Assembly (NCBI RefSeq): GCF_004138335.1
Contig: NZ_RYFW01000001.1
Coordinates: 2,469,244 to 2,501,243 of the forward strand
Origin: Peristeroidobacter agariperforans
GTDB lineage: Bacteria; Pseudomonadota; Gammaproteobacteria; Steroidobacterales; Steroidobacteraceae
Direction of reading: 5' to 3'
Length of the DNA stretch: 32,000 nt
Part shown: positions 17,412-25,122 of the stretch, one piece after another
Layout: each line of letters starts with the position of its first letter
How positions within the stretch are numbered: position 1 is the stretch's first letter
Made by a program: the position numbers and the translations under genes
The notes under the pieces: model-generated
Databases searched by the model: none
Told to the model about the DNA's origin: nothing
The model's input: the letters and a program-made list of their open reading frames with translations, nothing else

Positions 17412-19708
17412 GCGGCGAGTTTCTCCGAGACGTCGCGCGAAATCTCCACTGGGTCATCTCCTTCGATCAAAGCTTCATCGAATTGTTCGAAGGAGGCTTC
17501 ATTGATGCGCTCGAGCGCTCCGTCGAGCATTAGCTCCATATCGGCCGCCGCATCAACAAGATCTTGCCGCTGCCACGAGGATCGGGTCAGTAGTAGGCGA
17601 AGGAACGTGCTGTGCTCGGGATCCAGCCCTAAGAGAGTCGGCTCCGAGACAGGCTTCATTTCATCCTGCTCCTCTTCGGACTCAACTGAGGCTGGTGCGT
17701 CGATGAACACACTTGAAAGAAGAGTTGCGACTTGCTCGGTCTCGCGCTGGAGCGCCTCGATGCGCGCCATGTCCAGTGAAAGGCCGCCGGTCACGTGCCT
17801 GCTTGGAGTCGTAGTGGTGGCTGCAGTATTGGTTGCACTAGGGGCCCCCGCTGCTATATGCAGGTCGGTGTACAGTGCTTGCGCATCAACCTCGAGCGCC
17901 TTGTAGATGCGTTCGAGCAGACGCACCTCGGCGGGGGATACAGTGCCATCAACCTGCGCAAGGGTCGAAAGCAGGTGCGCAAGGGCGCGTCTCGCGTCTG
18001 CTGGGATAATGTCGAGTTTTCCCCTCAGTGCTGCGAGAGACGGCGGGGCCTCAATGGCCATTCGGAGTCGCGCTCTGAGTCGTTTGCGTTGGGGCTCGGA
18101 TAGCTGCACCCAACTATCGATCTGCTTCATCAGGAGACGCAATTCATTCGGGTGAGGATTTCCGTCTGCCGACGCCACACTGCATGCCAGATCAAGCGTG
18201 ACGGAGGCGGCTTGATAGGAGCCGGATTGCCGCAATGCTGCGTCTTCTCGCGCGCAGCGGAAGAGAATGATTTGATCGTCCGCCTTCGGAGTTCGCGCGC
18301 CGCCGAGAATGTCAGGTTCGATACCGACGTTGATCTCTTCGAGCGCGTGGGCGAGTGAGCGAAGACGATCGCGCGTCAGCGAGGCTGAGCCGCCGAGAGA
18401 GGAGACTAGCTCTCCGATAGTCATTACTCGCAGGCCGTCTTGAATCTTTTCGTTGAGGCCCTGCATAGCGGCGGCCGTAGCGTCCGGCCACAGTGCTCTT
18501 GGAAGTAATAGCGCTGCTTCGAGGGATGTCGCCTGAGCGGGGTTCTTCCCTACGAATCGCGAGTAGGGTGCTAAGGCACTAGCACATTTCTCGATCAAGG
18601 CTTCTAGCTTCTTGAGCGGTGCCACGACCGCAGTTATATCGGGAATGCCGTCTGTATCGACTGAGAGCTCACTTCCACCAAAGCCACTGGAGGCCGGCCG
18701 ATAACTCAACCGAATCTTCGTGCGATTGACGGGCAACTTGATGCCCTCTCCGAATTGCTCTGTATAGAGCTTCGCGAAAAGGGTCTCGAACTGCAGAGGG
18801 CACCGTTGAAGCGCTTTAGGAAGCTTTAGACGAGGATCGCTGAGTGCCCAGGCCACGGCCCACGATGTCGGGACGGGCTTTCCTCGCATTGCCATCCGGC
18901 CTAAGCCAAGCCGCAGTTCTACAGAGAAGTCTCTGGATGGCGGAGGTGGTTGGTCGCCAGGCGAGTCTCCGAGGCGGTGCGGTGCTAGGAACTCAATGAA
19001 CGACGATGCATATCGCCGAAATGAGCGATTCTGCCCATAGATCGCGATGAGTCGACGAACTTCGGCCTCGATCGCCGGTAGGTCTGCCTTGGCCGCCGGA
19101 TCTGACGCCGCGTCGACGAGGGCCCGTCTCTCCAGGCCGTAGAAAAAGAGGAAGACGTAGCCGATGTCTGCTGTCGGATCGCTTCGGCCGGTCGCCAGCC
19201 ACTCAATATATGCTCGGCGTGCGGAATCGGAGATGGCTGTGTAGCTTGGCCAATAGTCCATCTGTCGCGTGGCAAGTTCCGGCACATCAGCTGACAGTGG
19301 GTAGCGTGGATCGATGAGGGCAGGGTCGACCTGTCCGTTGGCTGCACGCAGATCAGATCCCAGATACAGCATGCCGCCTCGGACCGTAGTTCCGGCAATG
19401 GTCGTTGCCTGGTTCGCGGGAATCCAACAAGCTGGAATCGCGCGTCCCTTTGGTGGGTGGGGCGCCGGGCGGGTGCCACGGTACGTTTGTAGTGCGTCGA
19501 GCCGCATTGGGGCGTCGGGGGCATAGCCCTGAGATTGTGACGAGGAGGAGCTTTTGCTCTTGGAAATGAGCCAAAAAATTAGGGCTGCGGCGGCTACGAT
19601 TCCTATGACTACCCAGAGTTCTTTAGGAATTGTGGCAATCGCCAAGACAATCGCGCCGACGACGACCGTTGCGGCTCCCCCTGAGTCGCCTTTTCTTCTT
19701 CGTGCCAT
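17408..19708 (-). CDS. sngA: membrane-anchored TerB-N / TerB / TerB-C domain protein (Shango SngA-like)
   Basis: 766 aa. Two N-terminal hydrophobic segments (VVVGAIVLAIATI, VVIGIVAAAALIFWLI). TerB-N-like block WIPANQ...GGMLYLG...YWPSY...YIEWLATGR...YVFLFFYGLERR. Central TerB-like block DLACSVASADGNPHPNELRLL. TerB-C-like tail LLLTRSSWQRQDL...LMLDGALERINEASFE. Its stop overlaps the ATPase start (ATGA 17408..17411). Confidence 0.9.
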   Translation of the reverse strand: MARRRKGDSGGAATVVVGAIVLAIATIPKELWVVIGIVAAAALIFWLISKSKSSSSSQSQGYAPDAPMRLDALQTYRGTRPAPHPPKGRAIPACWIPANQATTIAGTTVRGGMLYLGSDLRAANGQVDPALIDPRYPLSADVPELATRQMDYWPSYTAISDSARRAYIEWLATGRSDPTADIGYVFLFFYGLERRALVDAASDPAAKADLPAIEAEVRRLIAIYGQNRSFRRYASSFIEFLAPHRLGDSPGDQPPPPSRDFSVELRLGLGRMAMRGKPVPTSWAVAWALSDPRLKLPKALQRCPLQFETLFAKLYTEQFGEGIKLPVNRTKIRLSYRPASSGFGGSELSVDTDGIPDITAVVAPLKKLEALIEKCASALAPYSRFVGKNPAQATSLEAALLLPRALWPDATAAAMQGLNEKIQDGLRVMTIGELVSSLGGSASLTRDRLRSLAHALEEINVGIEPDILGGARTPKADDQIILFRCAREDAALRQSGSYQAASVTLDLACSVASADGNPHPNELRLLMKQIDSWVQLSEPQRKRLRARLRMAIEAPPSLAALRGKLDIIPADARRALAHLLSTLAQVDGTVSPAEVRLLERIYKALEVDAQALYTDLHIAAGAPSATNTAATTTTPSRHVTGGLSLDMARIEALQRETEQVATLLSSVFIDAPASVESEEEQDEMKPVSEPTLLGLDPEHSTFLRLLLTRSSWQRQDLVDAAADMELMLDGALERINEASFEQFDEALIEGDDPVEISRDVSEKLAA

Positions 19709-20194
19709 ATCCGTGCTCTGCGTTACTTATTTCTCAAACCGTCCCGCTCGGTTGCACCCATGTAAGTGAGCCGCTTTTCGAGTGTATTGCGAATGACCCG
19801 AGGATCCAAGGACTTGCGATGGTCCTGCGTCGGTCCGGTTTACAGGTTGCCTAAACCTGTTTTCTCAACATCGGGCGAAATAGTCGCGCTGGTTCAAACA
19901 GACGAGACGGTCGGCAACCGATTGCTGCTGGTGATGTCTCACTCGCGTGGGTGCTGCTAATTTGATGCTTCACCCCTGGCGTGACCGGATCAGTGATGCT
20001 GCGAGTGCTCTAAGATCCGCCACGATCTCGCCGAGGTCGCCGCGGCCGACCAGGGATATGGAATATCGTCCACGGCAACGTGATCGTATCAGCCCGGTCG
20101 TGCTCTGTACCTTCGATGCCATCGTTAGGCGACCCGTTTCACAGTTATTCCAACAGGACTCAATAAACTCTCAACCGTTACAGAGGGGCCGTCC

Positions 20195-20989
20195 ATGTCG
20201 AAGCGACGTGAATCACTGGCAGACGTGCTTTTGGTGCTCCCGTGGTGGATCAGTGTGGTTGTCGCCGCAACCGTATATGCCTTGTTTGCGTTTGCTTTGC
20301 CTCACTATTTCGCAGGCGAGCAGAACATGGCCGGCATCGGCATGGTGTCGAAGAATAGTGCTGCACTCTTCGCAGGATTGTTTTTGCTCATCGGCCTGCT
20401 CAGCTTCATCCGAGCTCTCGTCATCAAGCGGAAGTTCAACGATCTCGCGTGCCTCGAACAGGTGCGGCAGCTTTCCTGGCGCCAGTTCGAATCGATCGTT
20501 GGCGAGGCATTCCGCCGCCGCGGCTATGTAGTCATCGAGAATGCAGTGGATGGCCAGGATGGCGGTATTGATCTGGTGCTCCGAAAGGACGGCGCGAAGT
20601 ACTACGTACAATGCAAGCAGTGGAAACAAGCGAAAGTCGGCGTAAGGCCGATTCGGGAGCTCTACGGTGTGATCGCGGCCAGCGATGCTTCCGGTGGGTT
20701 CTTCGTTGTCTCGGGTGAGTATACGAATGAAGCGCGTGATTTTGCGCGCAAATCCGAAATTGAACTGATCGACGGTCCGGCACTAGCTGAAATGATCGCG
20801 CTGGCCCGCGAGCCAGAACCTTTCATGGACCCAACGAGACGCAGGCGGGAGTCTCCCACTGTGGATCCCGCTTGCGCGCTATGCGGAGGCGCTATGGTGT
20901 TAAGAAAGGCGACACGAGGGCCTCATGCTGGCCTCTCATTCTGGGGCTGCGGTTCGTATCCGCGATGTCGCGGGACGAAACCGGCGTGA
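20195..20989 (+). CDS. membrane-anchored Mrr-type restriction endonuclease domain protein with C-terminal topoisomerase-type zinc ribbon
   Basis: 264 aa, with AGAGGGG 7 nt upstream of the ATG. Two TM segments (VLLVLPWWISVVVAATVYALFAFAL, ALFAGLFLLIGLLSFIRALVI). Mrr_cat-like core FESIVGEAFRRRGY...DGGIDLVL...YYVQCKQW (D...D/E-x-K type). C-terminus CALCGGAMVLR...FWGCGSYPRC (C4 zinc ribbon). Confidence 0.85.
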   Translation: MSKRRESLADVLLVLPWWISVVVAATVYALFAFALPHYFAGEQNMAGIGMVSKNSAALFAGLFLLIGLLSFIRALVIKRKFNDLACLEQVRQLSWRQFESIVGEAFRRRGYVVIENAVDGQDGGIDLVLRKDGAKYYVQCKQWKQAKVGVRPIRELYGVIAASDASGGFFVVSGEYTNEARDFARKSEIELIDGPALAEMIALAREPEPFMDPTRRRRESPTVDPACALCGGAMVLRKATRGPHAGLSFWGCGSYPRCRGTKPA

Positions 20990-21181
20990 GCACCCAGTGA
21001 ACTGGTCAACGGGTCATGCCGGCTCGTGCATTACATAAAAGGTGTCTGCTGCGTCGCGATGTTCTCCAGCATTTCACTCCGGTCGTTAGAAATGTTGCGG
21101 CTGTCATTGACTCCCAGCGACTTGTGAGTAAGCTTTACAAGCGCCGGAATATCAGAAAAACATTTGCACCAGGGAGTGACC

Positions 21182-21475
21182 ATGGGCGAACAGAAGAAAA
21201 GAGCGTTTCTAACCTCCACGCTGGCACTTGCTGCCGCAATCCTTGTTTCGCAGTCACCGGCCGGAGCTGCCGCTGATCCAAAGGCGCAGTTGACCCCGAT
21301 CGTGGCGGAGCAGCCCCAAGCAAAAGATTTTGTCATCGAGCCCGCTTCAGGCACGGATTCCGTGATGACAGCGCACCGCTCGCATTCATCTCATCAGTCG
21401 CACTCGTCTCACGCATCCCACGAGTCGCACGCATCCCACAGCTCACACTCTTCGCATCAGTCATACGCGGGTTAA
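21182..21475 (+). CDS. hxsA: His-Xaa-Ser repeat precursor protein with Sec-type signal peptide
   Basis: Internal ATG 21182 with GGGAG 6 nt upstream. MGEQKKRAFLTSTLALAAAILVSQSPAGAAA, then a C-terminal run HRS-HSS-HQS-HSS-HAS-HES-HAS-HSS-HSS-HQS-YAG. Confidence 0.8.
   Translation: MGEQKKRAFLTSTLALAAAILVSQSPAGAAADPKAQLTPIVAEQPQAKDFVIEPASGTDSVMTAHRSHSSHQSHSSHASHESHASHSSHSSHQSYAG
21374..21463 (+). repeat. coding tandem repeat: 10 x His-Xaa-Ser
   Basis: 30 consecutive codons with H at every third position and S two positions later. Codons vary (cac/cat; tcg/tca/tct/tcc/agc), so the repeat is conserved at the peptide level rather than the DNA level. Confidence 0.95.
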
Positions 21476-21518
21476 TCGAGCACGGCCGGGAGTCAACTGT
21501 GCGTGGGACGGAGCCTGC

Positions 21519-21812
21519 ATGCTGAGCATCGAGTTTGATCGAGCTATCTACCCTGTAGAGGTGCTTCAGCGGGCTGCTTTGAAGTTCACGGACGTATGTA
21601 GCTTCAACTTCCGGCTTGCCGAGGCCAAGATCGCTGTGGAGATCGCGCCTCTGAATGACTCATACGCCCTACGCGCGGACGATTTCGAAGGCAGGTACAG
21701 GAATGAGGTGCTAGATCAGCACCTCAGAGCGATAGTTGCCAAAGAAACGGAGAATGAGCGCAACTTGATTCTCGCTCACGCATTCTCCAACTCCAAATTG
21801 ATCTCAGCCTAG
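21519..21812 (+). CDS. hxsD: HxsD-like small protein
   Basis: 97 aa. RNEVLDQHLRAIVAKETENERNLILAHAF resembles the signature block after which the HxsD family model was named (LLNDYxLRE). Position between hxsA and hxsB fits. The stop abuts the next start (TAGATG). Confidence 0.7.
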   Translation: MLSIEFDRAIYPVEVLQRAALKFTDVCSFNFRLAEAKIAVEIAPLNDSYALRADDFEGRYRNEVLDQHLRAIVAKETENERNLILAHAFSNSKLISA

Positions 21813-23285
21813 ATGGCTCTCGCGAAGCGATTCTCAGCTGTCGAAACATTTCGGGCTGTGGAGATGGCGGGGTACCGCCTATTGCCCCTCAGGTTCACCG
21901 CTCTCGATCAAGAGCGATATGTCATTTCAAACATGGTCGGAGAGTATCTGGTAGTCAAGCGCGACCAGCTCAACGACCTGATCCACCACCGGGTGCCGCA
22001 GGGCTCAGATCTGTACGATGAGTTCAAGAGCCGCCATTTCATACGAGATGCGGACTCTGATGTAGCCCTCGATCTGCTCGCGTTGAAGTACCGGACAAAG
22101 CTGGCGCGAGTGTCGCAGTTTACGTCGCTGCACATGTTTGTGGTGACGCTGCGTTGTGACTACACGTGCGCGTACTGCCAGGTCTCGCGGCAGACCGAGG
22201 ACCGCTCTGCTTACGATATGAGCGACGACACTGCAGCCGCTGCGGTCGAAATGACATTTCGTAGCCCGGCGCCCGCGATCAAGATTGAGTTCCAGGGCGG
22301 CGAGCCGCTGCTGGCCTTCGATCGGATCAAGTCAGTCGTGGAAATGGCTGAGGCGCGCAACGTGCAGGAGAAGCGGAACCTGCAGTTCGTCATTGCTTCG
22401 AACCTGAGCTTGATTTCCGACGAGATCCTGGACTACTGCGATCGGCACGGCATCTATCTCAGTACGTCTCTTGATGGGCCGTCGAGTCTTCACGATCGCA
22501 ATCGCCCAAAACCAGGGAAGAATGGGTACGAGCTGACAATCCGTGGGATCAAAAGAATTCAAGATCGGTTGGGCCGAGATCGCGTGTCGGCGCTGATGAC
22601 GACGACCGAAAGAAGCCTCCCGTATGTCAAGGAAATCATCGACGAGTATGTGCGGCTGGGCTTCCGTAGCATTTTCCTCCGGCCACTGAGTCCCTACGGA
22701 TTTGCTGTCACAACGGGCCAGGTCGATAAATACGACGCGGAGCGGTGGCTGTCTTTCTATCGAGAGGGGCTGAGCTACATCCTCGAGCTGAACAAGCATG
22801 GCTACTCGATCCGCGAGACTTATGCGGCGATCATTCTGAGAAAGATGCTGACGCCGCAGAACCCTGGCTATGTTGACCTTCAGTCACCGACAGGTCTGGG
22901 AATAAGCGCGATCGTCTATAACTACGACGGAGCGGTCTACGCAAGTGATGAGTCGCGAATGCTGGCAGAGATGGGCGATCAGTCGTTCCGACTCGGCCGG
23001 CTGGGCGTGAACTCATACGAAGAGATGATGCTGTCGACGACATTGCTTGACGCGCTGGAGGCGGGAGTGGCGGAAGGTGCGCCCCTGTGCTCCGAGTGCG
23101 CATTCGTGCCGTACTGTGGCGCGGATCCTGTCTATCACCATGCAACACAGCGCGACATGATGGGAAATAAGGCTCTCAGCGGGTACTGCGCACGCAATAT
23201 GGCCATATTTCGACATCTGATTGCATTGATGGAGGACAGCCTGGCCGATAAGGCGATACTGCTTAGGTGGGCTTTCGATTGTTGA
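21813..23285 (+). CDS. hxsB: radical SAM (SPASM-type) maturase HxsB-like
   Basis: 490 aa. LRCDYTCAYCQ (CxxxCxxC), FQGGEPLL, and a C-terminal Cys-rich auxiliary-cluster region CSECAFVPYCGADP...GYCA. Confidence 0.9.
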   Translation: MALAKRFSAVETFRAVEMAGYRLLPLRFTALDQERYVISNMVGEYLVVKRDQLNDLIHHRVPQGSDLYDEFKSRHFIRDADSDVALDLLALKYRTKLARVSQFTSLHMFVVTLRCDYTCAYCQVSRQTEDRSAYDMSDDTAAAAVEMTFRSPAPAIKIEFQGGEPLLAFDRIKSVVEMAEARNVQEKRNLQFVIASNLSLISDEILDYCDRHGIYLSTSLDGPSSLHDRNRPKPGKNGYELTIRGIKRIQDRLGRDRVSALMTTTERSLPYVKEIIDEYVRLGFRSIFLRPLSPYGFAVTTGQVDKYDAERWLSFYREGLSYILELNKHGYSIRETYAAIILRKMLTPQNPGYVDLQSPTGLGISAIVYNYDGAVYASDESRMLAEMGDQSFRLGRLGVNSYEEMMLSTTLLDALEAGVAEGAPLCSECAFVPYCGADPVYHHATQRDMMGNKALSGYCARNMAIFRHLIALMEDSLADKAILLRWAFDC

Positions 23286-24487
23286 CGCTCTCCGCAAAGC
23301 AGAACATTCCGCTGGGGTTGATGCGGCCGGAGCGCGTACGATCCTTTCGGGTCACAACCGATGCGGAGCTCCCGGCGGTGCTGCGAGAGAATGCGGCTCT
23401 GCTTCTGCCCGTTGATTGGGCTTCCATTCCAAAGGGTTTCGGTGTTGTTCTTGTCAGGCCTGATAGCCCATTCGCTTCGGATCACCAATGCGGCGCGCTG
23501 CTAATTGATCCGTCGCTGCTCTACTTGGGGGATGGCGATGTTATCCGGCTGACGCCCGATCTCCATATACGTGTGGTTTATCGGCGAAACGCGAGCACCA
23601 ACAGCCTGCTGGTCACCGAGCGGTGCAATAGCCTTTGCTTGATGTGCTCTCAGCCGCCCAGGGACGTGGATGATTCTCACCTCGTCGATGAGCTGCTGGA
23701 TGCCATTCCGCTATTTGATCCTGGTACTCGAGAGGTAGGAATCACCGGCGGTGAGCCAACCCTACTGGGCGCCAGGCTGTTTGACTTGGTGCGCTCTCTG
23801 AAGTCGAACCTCCCTCATACCGGCGTTCACATCCTTTCCAACGGAAGGAACTTCAAGCAGCTGAGCCTCGCGCAGGCGCTCGCAGCGTTGCATCATCCGG
23901 ATTTGATGATCGGCATACCGCTCTACTCAGATATCGCGTCGTTGCACGACTATGTGGTGCAGGCCGACGGTGCCTTCGACGAGACCGTCCGCGGGATTCT
24001 CAACCTGAAACGGTGCGGCGTTCGCGTTGAGGTTCGGGTGGTCGTTCACGCAGCTACCTACGCGAGATTGCCGGCGCTTGCCCGATTTATCGCGCGCAAT
24101 CTGCAGTTTGTGGACCAGGTGGCGCTCATGGGTCTGGAGATGACGGGCTTCACTAAGGCCAATCTATCCGAGTTGTGGATAGATCCGGTGGACTATCAAG
24201 CTGAGCTGGCCGATGCAGTACACACGTTACACGCTGCGCGCGTCAAAGCTCTCATCTACAACCATCAGCTCTGCTTGCTTGATCCCGAGATTCGGAGGTT
24301 CGCGGTTCGCAGCATCTCTGATTGGAAGAACGAGTATATGCCGGAGTGCGACGGGTGCGACTTGCGACAGGAGTGTGGGGGCTTCTTTAGCTCTGCGAAG
24401 CTCAAGTACAGTGCGCATATCAAACCGCAGAGGCGGCGGGATGATGCCCTTGCTGGTGGTCTGGCGTCCATAGAGAGCTTCACATAG
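23267..24487 (+). CDS. hxsC: radical SAM maturase HxsC-like
   Basis: 406 aa. ERCNSLCLMCSQP (CxxxCxxC), ITGGEPTL, C-terminal PECDGCDLRQECGG. The track start 23267 is GTG. Alternative starts are TTG 23279/23282 (overlapping the hxsB stop) or ATG 23321. Confidence 0.85.
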   Translation: MGFRLLTLSAKQNIPLGLMRPERVRSFRVTTDAELPAVLRENAALLLPVDWASIPKGFGVVLVRPDSPFASDHQCGALLIDPSLLYLGDGDVIRLTPDLHIRVVYRRNASTNSLLVTERCNSLCLMCSQPPRDVDDSHLVDELLDAIPLFDPGTREVGITGGEPTLLGARLFDLVRSLKSNLPHTGVHILSNGRNFKQLSLAQALAALHHPDLMIGIPLYSDIASLHDYVVQADGAFDETVRGILNLKRCGVRVEVRVVVHAATYARLPALARFIARNLQFVDQVALMGLEMTGFTKANLSELWIDPVDYQAELADAVHTLHAARVKALIYNHQLCLLDPEIRRFAVRSISDWKNEYMPECDGCDLRQECGGFFSSAKLKYSAHIKPQRRRDDALAGGLASIESFT

Positions 24488-24577
24488 GTCGCCGGGAGTC
24501 TCAGGTGCGTTTGCTGGGCACCGGTGTTTCGGATCGATTAGTAGGCGTGGAGGCCCCCAGGCGCTCAGAGAGGATGT

Positions 24578-24886
24578 GTGACAGAACAGAAGCAGCTCGA
24601 GATCACTCGCATCCAAGCGAAACAGGCCGTGCTCGTTGCTGTCATTACTGCTGCGTCCTCGATAGCGGTGACCCTCCTGGCGGAACGCTCCCTTGACCGA
24701 GTCCCGGACCCCGCCGCGCCGATCGCAGCACAAGCACCAAGAGACACGGGAAGTGCGCCGCTGATATTTGTGGCGTCCGTGGATCCGGGGAAGCGAGGAA
24801 TTCCGTGGAGGAGTGTAGGCGCAAAGCGGGCGAGGAAATGCATGCGCGGCGAGGCAAGATCGTTGCTACCGGCAGCACTTGGGTAG
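24578..24886 (+). CDS. hypothetical small membrane-anchored protein, possibly frameshifted (continues in another frame to 25020)
   Basis: GTG start with GAGAGG 5 nt upstream. MTEQKQLEITRIQAKQAVLVAVITAASSIAVTLLA suggests one TM helix. ORF 24805..25020 in a different frame reads protein-like (IVATGSTWVAMEWREFGIMVMCHDEAHSAAVIVAGNDSK). No family recognised. Confidence 0.3.
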   Translation: MTEQKQLEITRIQAKQAVLVAVITAASSIAVTLLAERSLDRVPDPAAPIAAQAPRDTGSAPLIFVASVDPGKRGIPWRSVGAKRARKCMRGEARSLLPAALG

Positions 24887-25122
24887 CAATGGAATGGCGT
24901 GAGTTTGGGATAATGGTGATGTGCCACGATGAGGCGCACAGCGCAGCGGTGATTGTGGCTGGAAACGACAGCAAGACTAACGGTGATCTAGCAATCTCCC
25001 TGCGAGAAGCCGTGCTTTAACAATGAAACAGGTGGCTTTTCAGGGCGTGGCGCGAACAGCAGAGTAGCGCGCGGCGCAGCCGCTATATCGCTCCGTAACA
25101 AACAGAGAGTTGCGTAACACGG

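Noticed and set aside
12370-19574. Numerous 60-180 aa ORFs inside the OLD, helicase, ATPase and TerB genes (e.g. 12370..12696, 14151..14621, 17502..17906, 18985..19524)
   Set aside because: All are nested in, or antisense to, long genes with clear catalytic motifs.
19842-19863. Hairpin ACAGGTT-gccta-AACCTGT followed by TTT, read as a + strand intrinsic terminator
   Set aside because: There is no + strand gene upstream to terminate. The stem is short and the T-tract is only 3 nt. Possibly regulatory, but unsupported.
19947-20629. 194-aa + ORF (19947..20531) and 138-aa minus ORF (20213..20629)
   Set aside because: They overlap the well-supported Mrr-type gene in other frames or on the other strand. 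The translations are Ser/Arg/Cys-rich without motifs.
21374-21463. Periodic 9-nt DNA repeat as a possible CRISPR-like or satellite repeat
   Set aside because: It is the coding sequence of the His-Xaa-Ser repeat. The period is 9 nt with no spacers, and the codons vary.
22332-24733. Minus-strand ORFs 22332..22799 (155 aa), 22831..23148, 23135..23488 and 24227..24733 (168 aa)
   Set aside because: Antisense to hxsB and hxsC. No motifs.
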